A stretch of DNA of 64,000 bases from Longimicrobiales bacterium. GTDB lineage: Bacteria; Gemmatimonadota; Gemmatimonadetes; Longimicrobiales; Gaopeijiaceae. A program made the position numbers and the translations under genes. The DNA is taken from contig JAWLHJ010000001.1 in assembly GCA_041690395.1 (NCBI GenBank), forward strand, positions 704,001 to 768,000, written 5' to 3'. Shown piece after piece: positions 1 through 9,206 of this stretch (its first letter is position 1; each line of letters opens with the position of its first letter). The notes under the pieces are model-generated. The model made no database searches. It was not told where the DNA came from and saw only the letters and a program-made list of their open reading frames with translations.

Positions 1-2
1 CG

Positions 3-143
3 GAGAACGAGGCGACGCTCGCCCTCCACCGGAAGCACGGGTTCCGTGAGGTCGGACGCCGAGTGAGGATCGGCCGGATGGACGGGCGTTGGCGCGACAC
101 GCTGCTGCTCGAGCGGAGGAGCCAGGTGGTCGGGGCCGACTGA
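3..143 (+). CDS. GNAT N-acetyltransferase (phosphinothricin acetyltransferase/YncA-like), 3' end only, truncated by window start
   Basis: Frame 3 reads ENEATLALHRKHGFREVGRRVRIGRMDGRWRDTLLLERRSQVVGAD*, which has the typical GNAT C-terminal N-x-A-x-x-x-L-H-x-K-x-GF...G-x-W-x-D pattern. Confidence 0.8.
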   Translation, partial: ENEATLALHRKHGFREVGRRVRIGRMDGRWRDTLLLERRSQVVGAD

Positions 144-185
144 CGACGGGTTGCGGTCCGGCTCGCCGTTCCGCGAGAATCCGGT

Positions 186-1046
186 ATGGAAGTCATCGTC
201 TATCCGAACCAGGCCCGCCCCGGCGTGGGACTCCGCCCGAAGAGCGAGAGCCAGCGCCCTCTACTCCCGCAGCACAGTCGCCATTGCCCGGTGCTCGAGG
301 CCGGCAGTGCGCTGGGCTACCTCGTGTATCCCCCACTCGAGAAGCACGAGGCCTTCTTCGTCGAGTACAACGGGGAGGGGATCTACGACTTCAAGTACTT
401 CCTCGCCAACGCGCAGGGGAAGTGGGAGCCGCTCTTCGCAGTCCGTTGGCAGCTCCCCGTCGGGAGCATCGGCAAGCTGAAGAGCGAGGTCGCGTTCGCC
501 GTGAAGAATCCGCCCATCGACGAGGCGGCCGCGAAGCGGATCGTGCGAGCGTTCATCGTTCCCGAGGATCTCGGGACCCCGCCGGGAGCGATCACGTTCC
601 GCGGCGCCTACAACTTCCGGACGCCCGAAGGGTGGGACACGGTGTACACCTCCGTGCTGAACCACATCGACCGGCCGGTCGCCCCCGCGCTGACGGTTCG
701 CGTGGAGACCGACTGGTACGCGCAGCACACGGAGTTCCGCTACGTGCTCGAGCCCGGGCAGGGGATGCCCGGCGCGCATAGCCTGCCCATCGGCCAGGTC
801 ATGTTCGTGCCCCGCGAGGAAGTGACGCTCCGCGACGCGAGCGAGCAGGAGGTCGAGGAGATCAACCAGTCGCGTGTCGACTTCAACGAGAAGAAGTCCG
901 GCGAGAAGAAGACGACGCGCTACGGCCTGGAGTACAGCCCGCATTACTCGAAGGAGAGCCGGGCACGGCGCGGCGTGGGGGCGTCGCATGCGGAAGGCGA
1001 CGACGGGGGCGCGGAAGGCGAGCCGGACGACGACGGCCAGGACTGA
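186..1046 (+). CDS. Hypothetical cytoplasmic protein, possibly DUF6065-like, with acidic tail
   Basis: 286-aa ORF with coding-like composition; HCPVLEAGSALGYLVYPP, FRTPEGW, VETDW and PIGQVMFVPR resemble DUF6065 motifs (from memory). Confidence 0.6.
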   Translation: MEVIVYPNQARPGVGLRPKSESQRPLLPQHSRHCPVLEAGSALGYLVYPPLEKHEAFFVEYNGEGIYDFKYFLANAQGKWEPLFAVRWQLPVGSIGKLKSEVAFAVKNPPIDEAAAKRIVRAFIVPEDLGTPPGAITFRGAYNFRTPEGWDTVYTSVLNHIDRPVAPALTVRVETDWYAQHTEFRYVLEPGQGMPGAHSLPIGQVMFVPREEVTLRDASEQEVEEINQSRVDFNEKKSGEKKTTRYGLEYSPHYSKESRARRGVGASHAEGDDGGAEGEPDDDGQD

Positions 1047-1115
1047 GCGGCCTCGGGTCCACCGTTGACGGGCTCCGGCGACGCCGGCTAGGTTGACCCC
1101 ACAATTCAAGAATCT

Positions 1116-1278
1116 GCGGGCGGTGCATTTCGGAAGCCGGTGAGAATCCGGCACGGCCCCGCCACTGTGATGGGCTCGGCAGCATCAGCGCCGAACGGCC
1201 CCCTCGAAGCCACTGGGGTTAGAACACCCTGGGAAGGCGAGGGAACGCCGCCCTGAGTCAGGAGACCTGCACGCCCGC
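1116..1278 (+). promoter_or_regulatory. Cobalamin (AdoCbl-class) riboswitch
   Basis: Contains GGAAGCCGGTG-AGAATCCGGC, CCCGCCACTGTG, GCCACTG...GGGAAGGC and the B12-box-like GAGTCAGGAGACCTGC; closing stem GCGGGCG (1116-1122) pairs with CGCCCGC (1272-1278); lies directly upstream of a TonB-dependent receptor. Confidence 0.93.
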
Positions 1279-1305
1279 GTTCCTCAGCACTCTTCGAGGG
1301 GAAGC

Positions 1306-3432
1306 GTGCGGGCTTTTTCGTATCTCGCGGGAGCGTTCGCGCTCCTCGCAGCGACATCCGACGTCGGGGCTCAGTTCCCCGGCGAGCTTCGGGGCGACGT
1401 GGTCGACGTGCTTTCCGGCCGTCCCGTCGCGTCCGCCGTGGTGCGCGTGGCCGGCACGACGGCCGCCACCGCCGCCGCCGGAGCGTTCCACCTCCGCGGC
1501 CTCGAGCCGGGGGAGCATCTCCTCGCGGTGACCGCGGCCGGCTACCTGGCCGCCGAGCGCAGCGTCGTCGTCGAGAACGGCACCGTCACGCACGTCCGTA
1601 TCGAGCTCGTCCCCGACGTGGTCGAAGTCGAAGGTGTCGTCGCCCGGGTCGAGGCCGCGCCCGCCGGCGTGCGGACCCTGTCGGGCCTGGAGCTCCGCGC
1701 TCTGCCCGCCCGGACGGTGGGCGAGATCGCGGCCACCCTCCCGGGCGTCACCGTCGATTCGCGCGGTCCGGGCGCTCCGGAGGTTCCGTCGATCCGCGGG
1801 AGCGGTGGAGACGCCGTACTCGTGCTGGTCGACGGTGTGCCCATCAACGACCCGGTGACGGGTGAGGCCGACCTCTCCACGCTTCCCGCCGCGACCGTAT
1901 CGGCCATCCACGTGCTCCCCGGTGGCCGCTCCGCGCGCTATGGAGCCCGCGCTGAAGGCGGCGTGATCCTGGTCGAGACGGGCGGGAGCGAGCGGTCGGG
2001 TGCGTCCTTCGGGGCAGCGGCCGGCTCCCTGGGGCGGCGCGCCCTGGACGGCTCGTGGCGGGGGCCCGCGCTGGGCGGCGCGCTCTCCCTCGCCGGGGGG
2101 CTGGACCGGCTCGACGGCGCATTCGACTTCGAGGTGCCGCCGGAGGCCGGGGGCGGACGGGCCACCCGTGAGAACGCGCGTGCCGACGGTGAGCACGGGC
2201 GTGTCGGCTGGACCATGGAGCGCGATCGCTCGAGCCTCAGGCTCGGCGTCTCCGGGGAGCGGCTCGAGCGCGGGCTGCCGGGACGGAGCTTCGCACCATC
2301 GCGTGCCGCGGAGCAGGAGCTCGAGCGCCTTCGGGCCTCGGGATCCTGGGACTGGTCGCCCTCGGAGCCCTGGCGCCTCGGCGCGAGCGCCTACGTCGTC
2401 TCCCAGGCCATGGAGCATCGGGATCCGGCGCCCCCCTTCGGCGACCCGTTCGACGACAGGACGACGCTGCGAGGCGCGGGCTCGGAGGTGAGGGCCTCGT
2501 ATCGTGCGGCGTCCGGACTCCGGCTCGCGACCGGCCTGGACGTCGCCCATCTGGGCGTGCGGAGCAGCCAACTCGCCGAAGGGACGGGGATCGTCCGGCG
2601 CACGGACGTCGGCGCGTGGCTCTCCGTCTCGCGGGAGATCCCGTCCGGAGTCTTCCTGTCCGCGACGGCACGCCTCGACCGCTCGGGGCTTCCTGCACGT
2701 CTGTACGCCAGTCACGACCTGGGCGTCGGATGGGCCGGGGGGTCGGGCGCGCGGCTTCGCCTCGCGCACCGCAGCTCGTTCAGCCCACCGACGCTCGGCG
2801 ACCAGTTCTTCCGCGAAGGCGTGGGCGTCGAGCCGAACCCGGACCTCCGGGCCGAGCGCGTCCCCTCGGAGTGGGCTGCCTCACTGGGGTGGGAGGGTGA
2901 GCTCGGCGGGCTCGTGTTCGAGGCGGAGACCGAGGCGTATCTGGGCGACATCCAGGGGATGATCGTCTGGCTTCCCGACTTCCGCTTCGTCTGGAGCCCG
3001 CGGAACCACGACGTGCGACGCCGGGGCCTCGAGTTGTCGGCTCGCGCTCGGCAGGTGGGCTCCGGATGGGACCTTCGCGGGCACGCCGCGTGGAACCGCA
3101 CGACGTACGACCGCCCGGGGCTCGACGACGCCCAGGTGGTCTACCGACCGGAGCTGTCGGGCGGCGCGGTGGTGTCGTGGTCGGGCGCGGGCTGGAGTGC
3201 GTCGCTCGCGACCCAACTGGTCGGCGCCCGCTACCCGGTGCCCAACCGGGTCAACCGCCTCCCTCCCTTCTGGACCACAGACGCCTCTCTGTCACGGCGC
3301 TGGGACACTTCGCTCGGGCCGCTCGCGATCGGCCTCTCGGTGGACCGCGTCTTCGACAACGACGACTCACTGATCTTCGCCTTCCCCGAGCCCGGACGGA
3401 CCGTCCGGCTCTCCGCGCGACTCGGAGGCTGA
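1306..3432 (+). CDS. btuB: TonB-dependent receptor, probable cobalamin (BtuB-type), with N-terminal carboxypeptidase-regulatory-like domain
   Basis: Signal peptide; plug motifs SIRG...VLVLVDGVPIND and YGARAEGGVI; PNPDLRAE; C-terminal PGRTVRLSARL; substrate inferred from the riboswitch. Confidence 0.85.
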   Translation: MRAFSYLAGAFALLAATSDVGAQFPGELRGDVVDVLSGRPVASAVVRVAGTTAATAAAGAFHLRGLEPGEHLLAVTAAGYLAAERSVVVENGTVTHVRIELVPDVVEVEGVVARVEAAPAGVRTLSGLELRALPARTVGEIAATLPGVTVDSRGPGAPEVPSIRGSGGDAVLVLVDGVPINDPVTGEADLSTLPAATVSAIHVLPGGRSARYGARAEGGVILVETGGSERSGASFGAAAGSLGRRALDGSWRGPALGGALSLAGGLDRLDGAFDFEVPPEAGGGRATRENARADGEHGRVGWTMERDRSSLRLGVSGERLERGLPGRSFAPSRAAEQELERLRASGSWDWSPSEPWRLGASAYVVSQAMEHRDPAPPFGDPFDDRTTLRGAGSEVRASYRAASGLRLATGLDVAHLGVRSSQLAEGTGIVRRTDVGAWLSVSREIPSGVFLSATARLDRSGLPARLYASHDLGVGWAGGSGARLRLAHRSSFSPPTLGDQFFREGVGVEPNPDLRAERVPSEWAASLGWEGELGGLVFEAETEAYLGDIQGMIVWLPDFRFVWSPRNHDVRRRGLELSARARQVGSGWDLRGHAAWNRTTYDRPGLDDAQVVYRPELSGGAVVSWSGAGWSASLATQLVGARYPVPNRVNRLPPFWTTDASLSRRWDTSLGPLAIGLSVDRVFDNDDSLIFAFPEPGRTVRLSARLGG

Positions 3433-3465
3433 GCCCGCGCGGACTCTTCCCCAAGGAGTCTTTCC

Positions 3466-4518
3466 ATGCATCGCCAGAACAAGCTACTCGCCCTCCTCAT
3501 CGTCGCGATCTCGCTCGTGTCGTTGCCGGCCTGCTCGGACGATCCGATCGGCCCCGACGTCTCGGCACGTGAGGTCGGGGTGGTGGTGACGAGCACCGAC
3601 CTCGCGCTGACGGTCTTCGACGTGGACGACCCGGATGTGTCCGAGACCGTGGGCCTCGGCGCCGACGGCAGCCCGGTCGGCTTCGCCATGCGTGGCCGAT
3701 ATGCCGCGGTGCCCATGGGCATCGTGCCGGCCGTCGCGGTGGTCGACCTCGACGATGCGGCCCTGGTGCGGACCGTCGCTCTCCCGGAGGGGTCGGGCGC
3801 GACCGGTATCGCGTTCCTCAACGACTCGATCGCGTTGGTCGCGAACCCCGACCTGGGATCCGTGACGCCGGTCAACGTAATCGCCGGGACCGCGGGTGCC
3901 GAGATCGATGTCGGGCGGTATCCGCAGGACGTGGTCGTTCAGGGCGGGCGCGCGTATGTGGTGAACGCGGAGCTCGAGAGCTTCCAGCCAGCGGGCCCCT
4001 CGACCATCACGGTCCTCGACGCCGTCTCGCTCGCCGTGCTCGACACCATCGAGCTGAGCGGCCAGAACGCGGCGAGAGGGGCGCTGGGGCCGGACGGGCG
4101 TCTGTACGTCATCCAGTCGGGGAGCTTCGGTGCGGACGACGGCGCGCTTTCCGTCGTGGACCTCGGCACGGGGGCGGAGGTCGACTTCGTGGAGGGCTTC
4201 GGCGGGTTCCCCGGGTCGATCGCGGTCGATGACGCCGGGCTGGTGTACGTCGGCGGCTTCGGCGTCGGGATGCTCGTGTGGGACTCGGCGACGGAGACGT
4301 TCGTGCGGGGTCTCGACGATCCGGTCACGCCCGGGGGCGTGGCGAGCACGTCCGGCATCGGCTTCGACGCGGCGGGCCGGGTCTACGCCCTCGAGCCCGA
4401 CTGTCAGAATCCGGCCGTGGCGCATCGGCTGACTCCGATCTTCGAGTCGGAGCTGGAGATTCCCGTGGGCATCTGTCCGATCGCGATCGCGTTCACGGAG
4501 GTGCAGGACGAGGGGTGA
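3466..4518 (+). CDS. YncE-type beta-propeller lipoprotein (BtuG-like position)
   Basis: Lipobox LPAC; repeated blades (IDVGRYPQDV, RAYVVN, GRLYV, IPVGICP); SD AAGGAG; 33 bp downstream of the receptor. Confidence 0.8.
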   Translation: MHRQNKLLALLIVAISLVSLPACSDDPIGPDVSAREVGVVVTSTDLALTVFDVDDPDVSETVGLGADGSPVGFAMRGRYAAVPMGIVPAVAVVDLDDAALVRTVALPEGSGATGIAFLNDSIALVANPDLGSVTPVNVIAGTAGAEIDVGRYPQDVVVQGGRAYVVNAELESFQPAGPSTITVLDAVSLAVLDTIELSGQNAARGALGPDGRLYVIQSGSFGADDGALSVVDLGTGAEVDFVEGFGGFPGSIAVDDAGLVYVGGFGVGMLVWDSATETFVRGLDDPVTPGGVASTSGIGFDAAGRVYALEPDCQNPAVAHRLTPIFESELEIPVGICPIAIAFTEVQDEG

Positions 4519-4605
4519 GGCCAATCGGCGCGGTCCCTCTGGCCATGACTGCCTCCGGGGGCGAGGATACGCGGACTCCACCGTCCTCCCAGGAAGCGCG
4601 ACGAC

Positions 4606-5580
4606 ATGGCTTTTCAGCTCGAGTCCGTGAGCGCCCAGGTCGACACGCTGGTCGTCACGGACGGCCTCGTGTACGGCATGACGCCCGAGACGCAGTCCAA
4701 GGTGCTCGCGTCGGCCCTGTTGATCGCCGCGCTGATCGTCGGCCGCCGGATCCTGCTGACGATCGTGGACCGGCGCATCGAGGACGGCGCGCTCGTGTAC
4801 CGGTGGTCCAAGGCGTCGGCGTATGCCGCGTTCGTGATCGGGGTGCTCGTGATCGTGCAGGTCTGGTTCACGGCGATCCGGTCGCTCGGGACCTTCCTCG
4901 GTCTGGTCTCGGCGGGTCTCGCGATCGCGCTCAAAGACCTCATCGCCGACATCGCGGGATGGGTGTTCATCCTCTGGCGGAAGCCGTTCGAGCTCGGCGA
5001 CCGCATCCAGCTGGGCCGGGAGGCCGGTGACGTCGTCGACATCAGGGTGTTCGCGTTCACGATCATGGAGATCGGCAACTGGGTCGCGGCGGACCAGAGC
5101 ACGGGCCGGATGATCCACGTTCCGAACGCGCGCGTCTTCACAGAGCCGTTGGCGAACTACACGGCCGGCTTCCCGTTCCTGTGGAACGAGCTCCCGGTGC
5201 TGGTCACCTTCGAGAGCGACTGGCGCCGGGCCAAGCGGATCCTGGAGGAGGTCGCCGTGGCCGAGACCGAGGGTGTGAGCCAGGAAGCGGAGCGGACGCT
5301 GAAGCGGACGTCGAAGCGCTTCCTGATCCATTACAGTCGCTTCACGCCGGCGGTCTACACGTCCGTGTTGGACAGCGGCGTTCTGCTGACCATACGTCAC
5401 CTCTGTCACCCGAGGCAGCGGCGCGGCACGTCCCAGGCCATGTGGGAGCGCATCCTGGACGCGTTCCACGACGAGGACGGCATCGACTTCGCCTACCCGA
5501 CCCAACGGGTGTATATCAACCCGCTCGAGGGGAAGCCCGGGGCGCGGGCGCTCTGGCGACCCCCGACCGATGCGGGCTGA
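4606..5580 (+). CDS. Small-conductance mechanosensitive channel (MscS family)
   Basis: TM helices followed by GLAIALKDLIAD, KPFELGDRI, GDVVDI, VPN and IDFAYPT motifs. Confidence 0.9.
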   Translation: MAFQLESVSAQVDTLVVTDGLVYGMTPETQSKVLASALLIAALIVGRRILLTIVDRRIEDGALVYRWSKASAYAAFVIGVLVIVQVWFTAIRSLGTFLGLVSAGLAIALKDLIADIAGWVFILWRKPFELGDRIQLGREAGDVVDIRVFAFTIMEIGNWVAADQSTGRMIHVPNARVFTEPLANYTAGFPFLWNELPVLVTFESDWRRAKRILEEVAVAETEGVSQEAERTLKRTSKRFLIHYSRFTPAVYTSVLDSGVLLTIRHLCHPRQRRGTSQAMWERILDAFHDEDGIDFAYPTQRVYINPLEGKPGARALWRPPTDAG

Positions 5581-5638
5581 GCCGTCGCACGCACGTCGCA
5601 TCGACCCACAGCAACCCTACCACAGCACGGAGCACCCG

Positions 5639-7051
5639 ATGTCCCCAAGATGCTCACGCACGCTCTCGTTCCTGACCGTCTCGCTCGTCGTCGTGACAGG
5701 GTGCTCGGGCGTGACCAACGATCCCATGCCCCGGCCGATCGAGGCGGAGGACGGTGTGATCGTGGTCGGCTACGAGGAGTTCGCTTCGCTCCCCGAGGCC
5801 TCCGGCTCGACGGCCCGGCCGATGCTGCTCGTCGATGAGCCCGGCACCGGGCGGATGTTCGTGAACGACATGTGGGGACCGCTCCACGTCGTGGGCTACG
5901 ACGGCACGGTGACCGAGTACCTGAATGTGGACGCCGACCGGTGGGGTATGCCCGTCGACGCGTCCGGGCGTGAGCGAGGTTTCCAGAGCTTCGCCCTGCA
6001 CCCGGACTTCGGCCGCGAGGGCGCTCCGGGCTTCGGCAAGCTCTACACCTGGTTCGACACCGAGGATGTTTCGCCGGCCGCGGACTTCCGGCCCGGTGGG
6101 GAGGACGGGCCGCACCACACGGTGCTTCTCGAGTGGACCGCGGAAGACCCCACCGCTTCGAGGTACGACGGTGGGCCGCCCCGGGAGCTCCTCCGGATCG
6201 AGCAGCCGTTCGGGAACCACAACGCCGGTCACCTGGCGTTCAATCCGCTCGCGTCCCCGGGCGATGCCGACTTCGGCATGCTTTACGTCGGTGTGGCGGA
6301 CGGGGGGAGCGGCGGTGATCCCCTCGCGCTGGCGCAGAATCCGGCCAGCCCGTTCGGGAAGATCCTCCGTATCGACCCGCTCGGCTCGGACGGGTCGACG
6401 GGCGCGTACGGCATCCCCTCCGACAATCCGTTCGCGGGATCGGACGACGGAACGCTCCCCGAGATCTACGCTTCCGGCCTCCGCAATCCCCAGCGATTCG
6501 GCTGGGACGCGGCGAACGGGAATCTCTTCGTCGCCGATATCGGACAGAACGCCGTCGAGGAGCTGAGCCCCGTTCCGGCCGGAGGGGACCTCGGTTGGAA
6601 CCGCTGGGAGGGAAGTTACCGGTTCGTGAGCCGGTCGGGCGTCGACCCGCGGGACCCACGTTCCGAGGAAGGCGTCATCTTCCCGGTCGCCGAGTTCGAT
6701 CAGGACGACCCGTTGTTCGGGTCCCGCGTGGCCGTCACCGGCGTGGTCGTTCCCCGCACGGACCGCATCCCGCAGCTCCGTGGACGGCTTCTCTTCGGAG
6801 ACATGGTGAGTGGAGAGATCTTCCACGTATCCGCTGACGATCTGCCCGACGGCGGCCAGGACGAGATCCGGCGCGTGCTGTTGAGGGAGGATGGTGAGCC
6901 CGCGACTTTCCTCGAGGTCATGCGGGCCCGGGCCGCACGGATGGACCGGGAGTCGCCCGAGCGCACCGACCTGCGCTTCGGGGAGGGTCCGGAAGGGCGC
7001 CTGTTCCTCCTGAACAAGCACGACGGAGTCATTCGCGAGCTGGTTCCGTAA
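5639..7051 (+). CDS. PQQ-dependent sugar/sorbosone dehydrogenase (GSDH family) lipoprotein
   Basis: HNAGHLAF, DGGSGGDP, GKILRIDP, IPSDNPF, EIYASGLRNP, ADIGQNAVEE and GW motifs; lipobox VTGC; start moved to ATG 5639 (GGAG upstream). Confidence 0.88.
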   Translation: MSPRCSRTLSFLTVSLVVVTGCSGVTNDPMPRPIEAEDGVIVVGYEEFASLPEASGSTARPMLLVDEPGTGRMFVNDMWGPLHVVGYDGTVTEYLNVDADRWGMPVDASGRERGFQSFALHPDFGREGAPGFGKLYTWFDTEDVSPAADFRPGGEDGPHHTVLLEWTAEDPTASRYDGGPPRELLRIEQPFGNHNAGHLAFNPLASPGDADFGMLYVGVADGGSGGDPLALAQNPASPFGKILRIDPLGSDGSTGAYGIPSDNPFAGSDDGTLPEIYASGLRNPQRFGWDAANGNLFVADIGQNAVEELSPVPAGGDLGWNRWEGSYRFVSRSGVDPRDPRSEEGVIFPVAEFDQDDPLFGSRVAVTGVVVPRTDRIPQLRGRLLFGDMVSGEIFHVSADDLPDGGQDEIRRVLLREDGEPATFLEVMRARAARMDRESPERTDLRFGEGPEGRLFLLNKHDGVIRELVP

Positions 7052-7089
7052 ACGGGGCGGGCCCCGGACCCTGCGGTCCGCACGCGGGC

Positions 7090-8559
7090 TCACCACGGAG
7101 CCAGCAGCACCAGGATCTCGGGCTCCGGGTTGTTCGCTGCGAGCACGATGCGGTCCTCCCAGACCGCGACGTATCCGGTGCGAGGCAGGCGAACGGTGTC
7201 GATATACGACCGGGTGGCGAGATCGTATCGCTCCAGGAGGCGGCCGGCGTCCGGACCTTCCCCGGCGAACACGAGGTACAGCACGCCATCGTCGGTGTCG
7301 ACGGAGATAGCGGATTCTCTGCGTTCCGTCAGGCCGGTGGTCGTGGTGGTCGTGTTCCCGTCCACGCTCACGGTCCGCTGGATACCGGGGAAGCGAACGA
7401 GCTCCGGATATCGGATCCTGGGCCCGTCCGGCCGAACACCGCGCATGGGGAAGAATCCGTCGCCCATGGAGAACGCGTAGAGCCATCCGCCGAGCGTGTC
7501 GGTCCGCGCGACGTACCCTTGCAGCGCCATCGAGAACGCCCCGTCCGCGTCGTCGACCGTGATGGCGGCTCCGCCCGTCGCCGTTCCGGTGACGTCGACG
7601 GCCCACGGAACCAACTCCTGCTCGCTGACCACGAAGTAGAAGACCGACCCGTCGTGGTTGACGCCGAAGCTGGGCGAGGCCGCGGGAAGACCACCGAGAG
7701 GTACCTCCTCGACGAGGACGCCGTCCCGGTCGAAGCCGGACACCCGGACAGTCTCGACGTCGAGGGCCCAGAGCGTCCCCAGGTCGTCGACGTCGAGGTC
7801 CCGCACGTTCCCGAACTCACCCGGGCCGCCACCTCGGCGGCCTATGTAGCCCCGGAGCGACCCGTCCCAGGCGAACCGAGCCACGCGCGCCCCGTACGGA
7901 TCGACGACGAAGAAGCCGTCCTTCCCGGCGGCTGGAGACCACACGCTGTAGAGCAGTGTGTCCGCAAGGCCCGAGCGGACGTGCGCGAGTGTGTCCCACG
8001 GCACGTCGAGGACGACCCTCTCCGGACGGGGCAGGTCGTCCTCGGACGGGCGGTCCGTCGGGACGTCGCATCCGAGGAGGCTGGAGCAGGCCAGGAGCGC
8101 CAGACAGCCGACCGCGCCGGCTCGACTTTCCGGCCCACGGGCGTCGTGCGGACGGGCGCCGGACCTGGTCCGATACCAGAGCATCGCGGCCAGGAACGCC
8201 AGCAGAACGAGGGGGAGCTGTAGCGTCTCTCGACGCTCGTCGTGGATCGTCAGCCCCCGTCCGTCGAGGGCGACCGAGCGTTCGACGACGGCGAACGGAG
8301 TCCGCAGGAACGACCGGAACTCGTCCGCCGGTTGGCCGGCCTCGGCATCGCGAGGGGCGGAGATCGTGGTCGTGGTGCCGAGCGGCAGACCCCACATGCC
8401 GATCAGGAGCGCCGCCAGGGCGCCCAGCCCCCAGAGTCCCCGACGTGCTCGCCGGCCCATGGAGCGAGGGAGGGGCGGCGGGCGTCGTACGAGCTCGAAG
8501 GCGATACCGATCCAGGTCGCGACCGCGAGCAGGTTCAACATCAAGGCGAGTCGACCCAT
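7090..8559 (-). CDS. Membrane-anchored six-bladed (NHL/TolB-like) beta-propeller protein
   Basis: Three N-terminal hydrophobic segments, an internal lipobox-like LLGC, then the NHL-type IGRRGGGPGEF motif and repeated beta blades. Confidence 0.75.
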   Translation of the reverse strand: MGRLALMLNLLAVATWIGIAFELVRRPPPLPRSMGRRARRGLWGLGALAALLIGMWGLPLGTTTTISAPRDAEAGQPADEFRSFLRTPFAVVERSVALDGRGLTIHDERRETLQLPLVLLAFLAAMLWYRTRSGARPHDARGPESRAGAVGCLALLACSSLLGCDVPTDRPSEDDLPRPERVVLDVPWDTLAHVRSGLADTLLYSVWSPAAGKDGFFVVDPYGARVARFAWDGSLRGYIGRRGGGPGEFGNVRDLDVDDLGTLWALDVETVRVSGFDRDGVLVEEVPLGGLPAASPSFGVNHDGSVFYFVVSEQELVPWAVDVTGTATGGAAITVDDADGAFSMALQGYVARTDTLGGWLYAFSMGDGFFPMRGVRPDGPRIRYPELVRFPGIQRTVSVDGNTTTTTTGLTERRESAISVDTDDGVLYLVFAGEGPDAGRLLERYDLATRSYIDTVRLPRTGYVAVWEDRIVLAANNPEPEILVLLAPW

Positions 8560-8562
8560 GGT

Positions 8563-9081
8563 TCATCTCCTGGCTGGTATGTCGAGCCGATTCGTGGGGG
8601 TCGTTGCGGCTATACTGGGAAACAACTCGGCCGCGCGCATCATGCGGGGGCCCAGCCCCCGCGGTTCGAAGGTGTCCGCGAGCAGCACGGCGCCGGTCCC
8701 GTCGAGCAGGATGAGCGCCGGCGTTCCCGGAATCCCGGCCCTGAGCACGGCGCGCGCCGCGACGCGGGTGTCGGCCTTTCCGAGGCGTGGAAGCGTCGCC
8801 AGAGGGTCGGGAAGGGCGCCGGGACCGTCACGGAGGACGCCGACCGAGACCGGGAGCTCCGGGTTTTCGCCGCTCGCTACCCGTTGGGCCAGCCACCGCG
8901 CCATGGCGGCCGTCCGGTCCGGACAGTCACCCGGCTGCACGAGGAGAACGGCCGACGGACGGTCGATTCCGCCGACGATGTCGGGAGCCGCCGCGGCCGC
9001 TTCATGCCAACGAAGCGCGGAGAGCATGAGTAGCATGCACGCCGATGCCAGCATCGTGTTCTTGAGGGGGGAGTCGAGCAT
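8563..9081 (-). CDS. Exported thioredoxin-fold protein lacking a complete CxxC
   Basis: N-terminal hydrophobic segment; VLLVQPGDCPDR at the CxxC position; GIPGTPALILLDGTG (cis-Pro loop plus beta hairpin); GGAGG SD before ATG 9081; stop 3 bp from the next start. Confidence 0.65.
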   Translation of the reverse strand: MLDSPLKNTMLASACMLLMLSALRWHEAAAAAPDIVGGIDRPSAVLLVQPGDCPDRTAAMARWLAQRVASGENPELPVSVGVLRDGPGALPDPLATLPRLGKADTRVAARAVLRAGIPGTPALILLDGTGAVLLADTFEPRGLGPRMMRAAELFPSIAATTPTNRLDIPARR

Positions 9082-9168
9082 CAGGATGTCCTCCATGCGA
9101 GGAGTGTTCGGACGGGCCGCGAGACAGGCACGATCGGCTGGGTGGGCCGGAGGCGTGGTTGGGAAGAA

Positions 9169-9200
9169 GAGGGGCCCGGGGGACGTCCCCCGGGCCCCTC
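9169..9200 (-). terminator. Perfect 32-nt palindrome; putative intrinsic terminator or mRNA-stabilising hairpin
   Basis: GAGGGGCCCGGGGG-ACGT-CCCCCGGGCCCCTC, 6 nt after the peptide stop codon and followed by TTCTTC on the minus strand. Confidence 0.75.
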
Positions 9201-9206
9201 GTCACG

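Noticed and set aside
1093..1113. TTGACC as a sigma70 -35 element for the riboswitch leader
   Set aside because: No convincing -10 element at 16-18 bp spacing
8915..8935. Selenocysteine recoding in the thioredoxin-like motif
   Set aside because: The position of the missing second Cys is a CGG (Arg) codon, not an in-frame TGA
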